Assembly: GCA_964486655.1 (NCBI GenBank)
Contig: CAZAON010000436.1
Coordinates: 1 to 56,668 of the forward strand
Origin: an uncultured Flavobacteriales bacterium
GTDB taxonomy: Bacteria > Bacteroidota > Bacteroidia > AKYH767-A > 2013-40CM-41-45
Length of the DNA stretch: 56,668 bases
Direction of reading: 5' to 3'
In this document: positions 37,312 through 45,356 of the stretch, piece by piece
Layout: every line of letters starts with the position of its first letter
How positions within the stretch are numbered: position 1 is the stretch's first letter
Notes under the pieces: generated by a model
Told to the model about the DNA's origin: nothing
Databases searched by the model: none
The model's input: the letters and a program-made list of their open reading frames with translations, nothing else
Program-made: the position numbers and the translations under genes

Positions 37312-37476
37312 TTAAAATTCGGTTGATGACATTACATGACTACTTCTTAGCAATGCTTCATAAGCCAATTCAAATGCCGGAGTCTTAATATTCATCTGTT
37401 TTCCTGCGCGAACAATAAAACCCGTAATTGTTTCCAATTCTGTTTGAGCGTTTGGTTTTTGAAAATCTCTTTGCAT
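37312..37476 (-). pseudogene. C-terminal remnant of 2-dehydropantoate 2-reductase (ketopantoate reductase)
   Basis: This 54-codon ORF is below the track cutoff. MQRDFQKPNAQTELETITGFIVRAGKQMNIKTPAFELAYEALL matches, by eye, the E. coli PanE C-terminus as I recall it ([43 protein letters not shown]). An in-frame TGA lies 8 codons upstream, and the preceding gene's stop is at 37478. Confidence 0.5.
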
Positions 37477-37477
37477 G

Positions 37478-38500
37478 TTAGAACGGCAGCAACATTGTCA
37501 TTCCATAAACTGCATTTTTATCCTTCAGGAAAATCACATCGAAAGCGAAACTAAACGGGCCAAATCCTTCAGCTATAATACCTGCTTTAAATCTATTTTT
37601 AAGCTGGCTTTCTTCGGAGGATTTCATCCAGCCCCCTGTTAATCCAAACCACTTTGCGCTTCTGTCTGATTTTTCGTATGACATTAAATTAAACATAATC
37701 TTACCTGTATAAGAATAAACAAAATTCAGATTCTCGAAATCCATGGTATTCGAATGAGTAAATGTATATCCCAGAAAACTGAATCCGAAGCGATATGCAG
37801 AAACACCGTATTTATTTGTCAGACTAAGTCGCATGTCGATGCCGACTGCCGGACTCCATTGATTACCAATTAAACCGAATCCGAAAGAAGGAACGATTTC
37901 TATCATATCGCTCCTGAGCCGATTCTTGTTTGTCAATATCCATTCGCTTTCTCTTCTTTCCAGATCAGCCCGATAATTGTTTTTATAAACGTCTTTATCT
38001 CCGGTCAGTGAAATCGCCTTGCCAAGATCGTAAGTGGAAAGCGATTTTAGTTTTTCCGGATCGCTCAGATAAATTTGAATTTCGTACCCGTACTTCAGAT
38101 CATGTATAAAGTAACCATACGGCGGCAACCCCAATGAAAGCGATCTTGATTCTTTTTCAATATTAACTTCCTGTTCCAGATAGTCCTGGCTTTCCGCTTT
38201 AAGACGTCGCTTCCCGTCTGCACTGATAAAATAATGCGTTGTCTTTGCAGATGCCGGATAATCGGGCCGGCTTTGCGCCTTTTGAACATCATTGATCAAC
38301 ATTGTTTTTACAGTATCAATTCTCAGGTAGGATGACATTCCTTCCATATTTTCACCGATGAAAATTATTTTGACGCTGGAATCGGGAACAATGATGATTG
38401 TATCATTGTATTGACTTACAGTTTCATTTTCACCGGCAGTTAATCCTGCTGCAGTCATGGCATAGCAAGCCCATAATGCAATAAGCAATTTTGTTTTCAT
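37478..38500 (-). CDS. secreted / outer-membrane protein, function unknown (last gene of ECF operon)
   Basis: 340 aa with signal peptide MKTKLLIALWACYAMTAAGLTAG. The C-terminal half shows an alternating beta-strand pattern and ends ...MLLPF. Confidence 0.7.
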   Translation of the reverse strand: MKTKLLIALWACYAMTAAGLTAGENETVSQYNDTIIIVPDSSVKIIFIGENMEGMSSYLRIDTVKTMLINDVQKAQSRPDYPASAKTTHYFISADGKRRLKAESQDYLEQEVNIEKESRSLSLGLPPYGYFIHDLKYGYEIQIYLSDPEKLKSLSTYDLGKAISLTGDKDVYKNNYRADLERRESEWILTNKNRLRSDMIEIVPSFGFGLIGNQWSPAVGIDMRLSLTNKYGVSAYRFGFSFLGYTFTHSNTMDFENLNFVYSYTGKIMFNLMSYEKSDRSAKWFGLTGGWMKSSEESQLKNRFKAGIIAEGFGPFSFAFDVIFLKDKNAVYGMTMLLPF

Positions 38501-38515
38501 ACTTGATAATTAGGG

Positions 38516-39199
38516 TTAGAAGTTTTGGTGTAGTCTCAGCGGCTGAGTGCTGACAGATTTTTCAGAAGAGAAATTATCTTTTCTAAAACTAAAATTAATT
38601 TTTACAGTAAACGGATTTTTTTCATTTGCAACAGGACGACTCTGCTGTACAGGATCACTAAAATCAACTTCTACATATCGCCTGTTCTTATTAACCTGTT
38701 GAGGCACGGTCATGGCAACATTATTTGTAACGGATTCCATATCCTGACCGATCGTCTGAGGATTATTAATTTCCGTTTCAGCTGTCTCGGAATTATTATT
38801 ATCTATTTCTCCTCCGACTTTTTCAATCTGTCTTTGCATAGAGTGGCCATGATTCTTCTTTTGCAATGGAACCTGTTGTGCAACCCGGTTCACATCTTCA
38901 ACCTCTTTTTTATCGGCGACTTTAATTTTATCCGAAGGACTTATCTTTTCTGCAGGATTTTGTGTTTCAACGATTACAGTAGTTGGCGCATTTATTTTTA
39001 GTAAAAGAATTCCGGAAATAAACAGCAATAACAAACAAGCCGCAATTCCAATTCTTAATTTATAGTTTACAGCCTTCCCGGAAGTAACTGAGCCATGAAT
39101 AATTGCCCATTTGGAATCGATATTTGGAGAATATCCATCGGGCAAATTATCGAGTGACGACAATTTATCTGCAAACAATTTATCTGCCTGATCTTTCAT
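38516..39199 (-). CDS. anti-sigma factor-like single-pass membrane protein
   Basis: 227 aa. Its start overlaps the sigma factor stop by 20 nt. It has one TM helix (IGIAACLLLLFISGILLL). The assignment rests on position and topology only. Confidence 0.55.
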   Translation of the reverse strand: MKDQADKLFADKLSSLDNLPDGYSPNIDSKWAIIHGSVTSGKAVNYKLRIGIAACLLLLFISGILLLKINAPTTVIVETQNPAEKISPSDKIKVADKKEVEDVNRVAQQVPLQKKNHGHSMQRQIEKVGGEIDNNNSETAETEINNPQTIGQDMESVTNNVAMTVPQQVNKNRRYVEVDFSDPVQQSRPVANEKNPFTVKINFSFRKDNFSSEKSVSTQPLRLHQNF

Positions 39200-39737
39200 T
39201 TAATGTTGAATTTTGTTGAATCATTTTTTTTAACCGGCCTTTTGCTTTTGCCAATTGTGTCCTGCTTGTACTTTCACTTATTCCCAATATTCCGGCGATC
39301 TCTTTATGATCATAGCCTTCCACAACGTTCAGGTTAAATACCGTGCGATAACCAAGAGGAAGAGACAACACCATATTGTTCAATTCTTCGGCATTATAAT
39401 TTATGATTGCTTCCGCCGGCATGGATACATCGGAATATTGTTCTTCAATAGAAAGCAGAAAGCTGTGTTTTTGCCTGATAAACATCAGGGATTCGTTTAC
39501 CATAATCTTACGGGCCCAGATGAACAGGCTTGCTTCGCCTTCGTAATTAAACCTGCCAATATTCTGAAACACTTTCATAAATCCTTTCATCATGCAGTCT
39601 TCCGCATCGGCATGCTGACCTGTATATCTTAAACAGATCCGGAACATTGGAGCATATAACTGTTCGAATAAATGCTTCTGTGATTTTGCATTACCCCTTC
39701 GGCATTCATCGATGAAATCCTCAGTAAAGTGCTTCAT
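39180..39737 (-). CDS. RNA polymerase ECF-type sigma-70 factor
   Basis: 185 aa with region 2 (LFEQLYAPMFRICLRY...DAEDCMMKGFMKVF) and region 4 HTH (PLGYRTVFNLNVVEGYDHKEIAGILGISESTSRTQLAKAK). Confidence 0.85.
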   Translation of the reverse strand: MKHFTEDFIDECRRGNAKSQKHLFEQLYAPMFRICLRYTGQHADAEDCMMKGFMKVFQNIGRFNYEGEASLFIWARKIMVNESLMFIRQKHSFLLSIEEQYSDVSMPAEAIINYNAEELNNMVLSLPLGYRTVFNLNVVEGYDHKEIAGILGISESTSRTQLAKAKGRLKKMIQQNSTLNERSGR

Positions 39738-39887
39738 TAATGTAATAATGCAAAAAGTTAGTGAAACGTTGCCTGCAGGGAAAGAAATAAATTAAGAATT
39801 ACGGATTTTGAATAGCAAAAAAATGCCCTATTTGCCTGATTTTCAGTTTATGGACAGGGGCAATTAGTATTTAGGATATCAAATAGG

Positions 39888-40580
39888 TTACTTATGCAAT
39901 ATCAAAGAAATCGCCAATGTCAAATAAACTGCATTGAAATTGAGACTATTGCTGCTGCCTTTTGCAACCAATGTTCCGTCATCATCTTTCATCTCATCAG
40001 AAGTGCTATTCCATCCTAAATTTCCAAAACCGGCTCTTAACAACCATTGCTTGTTGAAATCGTAGGCAAAACCTCCATTTACATTTGCAAGAATAGTGCT
40101 TGATTTCAGATCACGGCTATCAGTATTCTCGCTTACTGTAGTACTGCTGTAAAAACTCATTGTTCCGATTCCATACTCATAACCTGCTTCAAAACTGAGG
40201 AACCAATATAAACCATCCTTAATTAAATAATATTTTCGTAGTGATAAAATTGCCCCAAAATAATTTGTATTGGATTCATTTTCTTCATACTGCGCCAATT
40301 GATCATTATTAGTTTTATAGTCCGAACTTTTGCTTCGGAAGGTTGGTCCAAATCCTAACATTAAATTTTCCTTGATAAAAATATCGTAAGACGGATAAAA
40401 AGAAATAAAATAAAATTTCCGACTATACTCAGAATTTCCGTAAGTAGAATATTGTTCATCTGAATTGGAATCATATTGGCCATTCATGCTCAATTCCAAC
40501 ATCTTTGTTCCTTTTGGAAATTGTGCAATGCAAATATTAGCAAACGTAATAAAAACGATAAGGCAATAAGTATTTTTCAT
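39888..40580 (-). CDS. outer-membrane beta-barrel protein (porin-family/OmpW-like size)
   Basis: 230 aa with signal peptide MKNTYCLIVFITFANICIAQ. It has alternating aromatic/small-residue strands such as GFGPTF and RAGFGNLGW. Confidence 0.6.
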   Translation of the reverse strand: MKNTYCLIVFITFANICIAQFPKGTKMLELSMNGQYDSNSDEQYSTYGNSEYSRKFYFISFYPSYDIFIKENLMLGFGPTFRSKSSDYKTNNDQLAQYEENESNTNYFGAILSLRKYYLIKDGLYWFLSFEAGYEYGIGTMSFYSSTTVSENTDSRDLKSSTILANVNGGFAYDFNKQWLLRAGFGNLGWNSTSDEMKDDDGTLVAKGSSNSLNFNAVYLTLAISLILHK

Positions 40581-40707
40581 ATAGTTTATTTTTAGAATTT
40601 GATTAAATGAGAACGGTAACGTAATTCATATAAAACTAATGAAAGGTAAATTTATTTTACTCATTCACAATGTTATTTTAAATAAAATAGTCTATTTTCA
40701 CATTGTC

Positions 40708-41901
40708 ATGAAAAACATTTTTTTTCATTTACTGATAGTCGCTCTCTTCTCCTGTAACAATGAGCCGAATGACCCTTCGAAAAAATTCGATTTCTTCGAA
40801 CAAAAGGATGTATTAGTAAAGGCTCCGGGCAAAAAAGAAATGATTTTAAGATCGGAGCGGCCCTATAATCTTGAAACACCTCAAAAATATTTTCTATTCG
40901 ATTATACTCCGAATGATGTATTCTTCGTCAGATGGCATCACTCTCAATTGCCGGGTGAAATAAATCCGGATACCTTCAGGTTGCGTATTCATGGTCATGT
41001 TAAAAATCCACTTTCACTTTCTTTAAGCGATCTTAAAACAAAATTCCGACCCGTAACTATTCCGGCTTTAGCCATATGTGCGGGAAATTCCCGCCAGCAG
41101 TTTGATCCGCGTGTAGCCGGAGTACAATGGAAAAACGGCGCGATGGGAAACGCGAAATGGACGGGTGTCCCGCTTCGCGATATACTGGATGCGGCTGGAA
41201 TTAAAGAAGGAACAATAGATATTGCATTTAATGGTATGGATGATCCTCCGCTTCCCGCAACTCCTGATTTTATTAAATCATTGCCGGTGAATCGGGCCAT
41301 GGATGGCGAAGTTTTAGTTGCCTACGAAATGAATGGTGAAAAAATTCCACTGCTGAATGGTTATCCTTTAAAATTAGTCGTCCCCGGCTGGTATGCGACA
41401 TATTGGATCGGAATGTTAAATGAAATCAGAGTGGATAAGGATACATTCGACGGATTCTGGATGAAGAAAGCATATTTTATTGGAAAAGGCCGGATGAATG
41501 GAAATGAAAAACCGGATTCATTAGCTCAGCAAACCGAACCAATAAATCAAATTGCATTGCGGTCCTTATTTGTTAGTCCGCGCAGCGACGAAAAAATTCC
41601 CGTGAATGAAAAAACAGAAATTCAGGGATTGGCTTTCGATGGAGGAAATGGCATTTCGAAAGTTGAATTGTCGTTAGACAGCGGAAAAACATGGTTTGTA
41701 ACCAAACTGGATCCTGAAATTGGAAAATACTCATGGCGAAGATGGAGATATGAATGGCTTCCGGAAAAAACCGGAATGTTTTATGTATATGTAAAAGCGA
41801 CGAGTAATTCGGGAGAAACACAACCGCTTCAACACTGGAACAGGAGTGGTTATGCAAAAAATGAATTGGAAAAACTTGAACTATTTGTATCGGAAAAATG
41901 A
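40708..41901 (+). CDS. molybdopterin-dependent oxidoreductase, sulfite-oxidase family (SorA-like) lipoprotein
   Basis: ATG 40708 gives MKNIFFHLLIVALFSC. ALAICAGNSRQQ matches the Mo-ligand Cys motif CAGNRR. NGYPLKLVVPGWY is present, followed by a C-terminal Ig-like dimerisation domain. Confidence 0.8.
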   Translation: MKNIFFHLLIVALFSCNNEPNDPSKKFDFFEQKDVLVKAPGKKEMILRSERPYNLETPQKYFLFDYTPNDVFFVRWHHSQLPGEINPDTFRLRIHGHVKNPLSLSLSDLKTKFRPVTIPALAICAGNSRQQFDPRVAGVQWKNGAMGNAKWTGVPLRDILDAAGIKEGTIDIAFNGMDDPPLPATPDFIKSLPVNRAMDGEVLVAYEMNGEKIPLLNGYPLKLVVPGWYATYWIGMLNEIRVDKDTFDGFWMKKAYFIGKGRMNGNEKPDSLAQQTEPINQIALRSLFVSPRSDEKIPVNEKTEIQGLAFDGGNGISKVELSLDSGKTWFVTKLDPEIGKYSWRRWRYEWLPEKTGMFYVYVKATSNSGETQPLQHWNRSGYAKNELEKLELFVSEK

Positions 41902-42224
41902 AACACATAATCTATCTCTTTATCATTCTTTTTTCGGTCTCATGCGCTAATGAAGAGAGTAATTTAAAAAATACTGAGTCGGTTGCCGATCTGCCCGATG
42001 CATCTTCCTATCCCGTTCAACTGGATATGTCAAAATACGCGACGGAGTTTATTGCCAACTGTCAGACCTGTCATACGCCGCGATATATTGAAATGCAGCC
42101 AAATTTTCCCAGAAAAACATGGGCTAAAATCGTTGACAAGATGATTCACGTCTATGGGGCTCCGATAGATTCGGTCACAGCAACCCGTATTGTCGATTAT
42201 CTTGTTTGGGTAAAATCGAATTGA
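41898..42224 (+). CDS. c-type cytochrome lipoprotein (SorB-like partner)
   Basis: It has an ATGA start/stop overlap with the Mo enzyme gene. The signal peptide ends FSVSC. It has a single CQTCH haem motif. Confidence 0.8.
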   Translation: MKHIIYLFIILFSVSCANEESNLKNTESVADLPDASSYPVQLDMSKYATEFIANCQTCHTPRYIEMQPNFPRKTWAKIVDKMIHVYGAPIDSVTATRIVDYLVWVKSN

Positions 42225-42330
42225 AAATTTTTTCATTAACTTTATTAAAGTGATTCTCGAAAAGAAGACACTTTAATTTGCTGTGGAATTACTCGTAAAT
42301 AAAATATAATTTAACCTTAAATCTACTGCC

Positions 42331-42873
42331 ATGAAAACCAGCGTCAGGATTATTTCGGTTTTGCTTGTTACATTTTTATTCGCCTGTTCGAATAAAGAAA
42401 CATCGAATAACTCCGAACAACAAAGTTCTCCGTCACCTTCCGATTTAATGAAGGAAGAACCGCCTTACGATGCAACGAAAATTGATCCGAATGCTAAAGT
42501 AACGGAGATCATTCTTCATGCTCAGGGAAATTCAATGACTGAGATGAAATTTGATCTCGCTGAAATTAATGTTCCCGAAGGAAGTACGGTTAAAATTAAA
42601 TTTATTAATGAGGCAACGGATGCTGCTATGATTCACAACTTTCTTCTGATCGAAGAAGGAAGCGCCGACAAAGTAGCTGCGGCCGGAATAACTGCCGGTC
42701 CGGACAAAAATTATATCCCCGATTTAAAAGAAGTGCTTTACGGGACAAAGGTGGTAAATCCAAAAGAAGAAATTGAATTCACCATACCGGCTCCGGCAAA
42801 AGGAACCTATGATTTCATTTGCACATATCCCGGTCATTATAAAATGATGCATGGGAAATTCATTGTTTCATAA
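42331..42873 (+). CDS. cupredoxin (azurin/auracyanin-like blue copper) lipoprotein
   Basis: The signal peptide ends LFACS. AMIHNFLL supplies a His ligand in an azurin-like HN context. CTYPGHYKMMHGKF supplies the Cys-His-Met ligands. Confidence 0.8.
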   Translation: MKTSVRIISVLLVTFLFACSNKETSNNSEQQSSPSPSDLMKEEPPYDATKIDPNAKVTEIILHAQGNSMTEMKFDLAEINVPEGSTVKIKFINEATDAAMIHNFLLIEEGSADKVAAAGITAGPDKNYIPDLKEVLYGTKVVNPKEEIEFTIPAPAKGTYDFICTYPGHYKMMHGKFIVS

Positions 42874-42883
42874 AATAAAATTT

Positions 42884-42942
42884 AAATGAATTGTAAAGAG
42901 GGCAGCATGTCGTCTCTACAATTCATTTAATTTTTATTTTTA
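42884..42942 (+). terminator. rho-independent terminator after cupredoxin gene
   Basis: aaatgaattgta...tacaattcattt forms a 12-bp-plus stem, followed by aatttttattttt. Confidence 0.7.
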
Positions 42943-42963
42943 TACCTTTACAAAAACTATTCT

Positions 42964-43686
42964 ATGCAAAAATTATTAATCCTCGCCTTTACCTTATTTC
43001 TCTTCGCACGAACAACTTCTGCTCAGACCGTCACGGCAATCGTAGAAGACAAAACAAAAAAGATTGAAGTTACAGGCAGTGCGGAAATCGAAGTGGTGCC
43101 CGATGAAGTATATGTTAACTTCATGCTGCAGGAGTATTACGACAAACAAAAAACAAAAATTGACATCGACAAAATTCAGCGCGATTTTCTGGATCGCTGT
43201 ACAAAAGCGGGAATTACGAAAGACCGCATTCAAATACAAAATATGTCGGGCTTCGATCAGAATAACTGGTACTGGCGCAAGAAAAAGAAAGAGCAGCCCG
43301 ATATGCTTGCTTCAACAACCTATACAATTATGTTTAGCTCCGCGGCAGACATTGACAAGTTAGTAAATGCTCTTGATGACAATGCTACAAAGCAAATGTA
43401 TATAAACAGGGTTTCTCACAGTAAAATTGAAGAATACCGGAAAGATATTAAAGTAAAAGCATTGCAGGCTGCAAAAATGAAAGCACAATATTTATGTGAA
43501 AGCATTGGCGAAAAAACAGGAAATGCTATTTACATCCAGGAAATTGAAAATAATTATTATCAGCCCCGCTACGATAAAATGGCAATGTCAAACATGGCCA
43601 TGGATAGTGAATCTGCAAATGAAGGGATCGATTTTCAGAAAATAAAAATTCGCTTCGAGATGAGGGCGACATTTGCGATTCAATAG
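42964..43686 (+). CDS. SIMPL-domain (DUF541) periplasmic protein
   Basis: 240 aa with signal peptide ...ARTTSAQ. KIEVTGSAEIEVVPDEVYVNF matches the SIMPL N-terminal signature. Confidence 0.7.
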   Translation: MQKLLILAFTLFLFARTTSAQTVTAIVEDKTKKIEVTGSAEIEVVPDEVYVNFMLQEYYDKQKTKIDIDKIQRDFLDRCTKAGITKDRIQIQNMSGFDQNNWYWRKKKKEQPDMLASTTYTIMFSSAADIDKLVNALDDNATKQMYINRVSHSKIEEYRKDIKVKALQAAKMKAQYLCESIGEKTGNAIYIQEIENNYYQPRYDKMAMSNMAMDSESANEGIDFQKIKIRFEMRATFAIQ

Positions 43687-43804
43687 TTTGCAAGAAATAA
43701 TTTCATCTGCTTTTGAATAATCGGTTCTGCGATTGCGTTATTGTTTAATCAATAAGAACCAAAATGTATCGCAAACTTTTTTTTCTGTTACTTTTTCGAT
43801 TGCC

Positions 43805-44008
43805 ATGGGTTTCATGGAGTCGGCAATTGTAATTTACCTGCGGGAATTATATTATCCCGACGGTTTCAATTTTCCCCTTAACATAATTCCACCGAGAAAC
43901 GCCGCAGTTGAAATTTTACGCGAGGCAGCCACTCTCATTATGCTGCTTACCATCGGTTTAATTGCGAAAAGAAGAGTCAAAGCTTCAGTTCCCTTATCAG
44001 TTAACTGA
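43805..44008 (+). pseudogene. possible 3'-truncated membrane-protein gene
   Basis: MGFMESAIVIYLRELYYPDGFNFPL...REAATLIMLLTIGLIA reads like the first two helices of a membrane protein. It then stops 12 nt inside the convergent exosortase gene. An out-of-frame ATG at 43764 precedes a T8 run (43777-43784). Confidence 0.3.
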
Positions 44009-45355
44009 AGTTAAACCAATCAATGGCGTTACTGACTTTACCATAAAGATATTTTTCTTCAACAATTCTTCTGTCAACTTAGTAAGTTCTTCTTTCGAAG
44101 CGGCATTCACATTTATCAAACAATACCTTCCCCCCTTCATCGCATCTATTCTCCATTCAAACTGGCTGATGGTTTTCTTATCTCCCTTATCGAACCACCA
44201 GGCCGAATAGATCTTTTCATTTCCTTTTAATATTAACCCCAAATAAATTTCTGTTCCGTTTATTATTTCCGTATGGTATTGCTTGAACGCGTAACCACTA
44301 CCACTCCAGCAGACAAGAGGATTGTGCTCAGCATTATAAAAATTCATTGGCTTAACATAAATAAGACCCTCTTCATTTTTGAAAGTTATAACTCCGCTCT
44401 CTAATCGTTCCTTTGTAAATCCGTCGATCATGCATTGACGGTCCGGAGTTTTGGCCGGAATTGATTTATCGACAAAAACAAATGAGTATAGAAGTAGTCC
44501 AATTAATGGCAGCGGAAGAAAATCAGAACTAAATTTGTGAGGCGCGACTGTTTCTGATTGATTGTATTTCCCGGCCTTCCTGTAAAACAAATATATACTC
44601 ACATAAACAGGCACTATTACATAAAGCAACAGACAAACCAGTCCGGTCACATCGTGCATGATCGTGTCCGGTAATATATTAAACTGTACCAATGCGATTA
44701 TGCGGAATAAATTACAAATGACATTACAAATAAATGTGATTGAAATAATGATAAGACAATTAATCGCCGATAGTTTCTTGCCGGTTCTTCTTTGAAAATG
44801 CGAAACGATAAAAAGCATGATAATAAATGAAATCACAATCATGGAAAGTCCGACGCATGCGGGATCAACTGAAAAATCAGTTCCGTTAAATCGAATGATA
44901 TTGCCGGATGCTGTAACCTCATTTCCCGCAATCGAAAGGACTTTAGCGGAAATCTCACTCAGGAAAAGCCTGATCGGGAATCCGAATGTCATCGCAATAA
45001 ATTTAAATATCGGGGAAATAAAAAACAGGAGCCAGACAAACGTCCAGCTCGTTTTTCCGATTAATGAATCAATGATAAAAAGAACGCTGAATATAAATCC
45101 GAGAAAAAGTATCGATCTGACTCCGGTAAAAATCGATAATGACACCAGAATTACGGCAGGAATCAGATATCTGTTGCTCTTACTTTTCCTGTCAATTATT
45201 ATTATAAAAGGTGACAACAACAATGCTATCAAAACATTTGAGTCTGAAATAAAATAATCAGAGAAAGCAAAAAATGCAAAGACCATGAATGCGGATAAAT
45301 ACAGTCCGGCAATAATTGGCTTCCTCTGATTAAATAATGCAAATACCTGTTGCAT
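43997..45355 (-). CDS. exosortase-family protein with fused EpsI-like C-terminal domain (XrtN-like)
   Basis: ATG 45355 (MQQVFALFNQRKPIIAG) lies 1 nt after the upstream stop. It has ~8 TM segments with the ordered motifs DPACVGLS, NLFRIIAL and HDVTGL (exosortase Cys/Arg/His). The C-terminal soluble domain carries HNPLVCWSGSGY (EpsI-type). Confidence 0.8.
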   Translation of the reverse strand: MQQVFALFNQRKPIIAGLYLSAFMVFAFFAFSDYFISDSNVLIALLLSPFIIIIDRKSKSNRYLIPAVILVSLSIFTGVRSILFLGFIFSVLFIIDSLIGKTSWTFVWLLFFISPIFKFIAMTFGFPIRLFLSEISAKVLSIAGNEVTASGNIIRFNGTDFSVDPACVGLSMIVISFIIMLFIVSHFQRRTGKKLSAINCLIIISITFICNVICNLFRIIALVQFNILPDTIMHDVTGLVCLLLYVIVPVYVSIYLFYRKAGKYNQSETVAPHKFSSDFLPLPLIGLLLYSFVFVDKSIPAKTPDRQCMIDGFTKERLESGVITFKNEEGLIYVKPMNFYNAEHNPLVCWSGSGYAFKQYHTEIINGTEIYLGLILKGNEKIYSAWWFDKGDKKTISQFEWRIDAMKGGRYCLINVNAASKEELTKLTEELLKKNIFMVKSVTPLIGLTSVN

Positions 45356-45356
45356 G

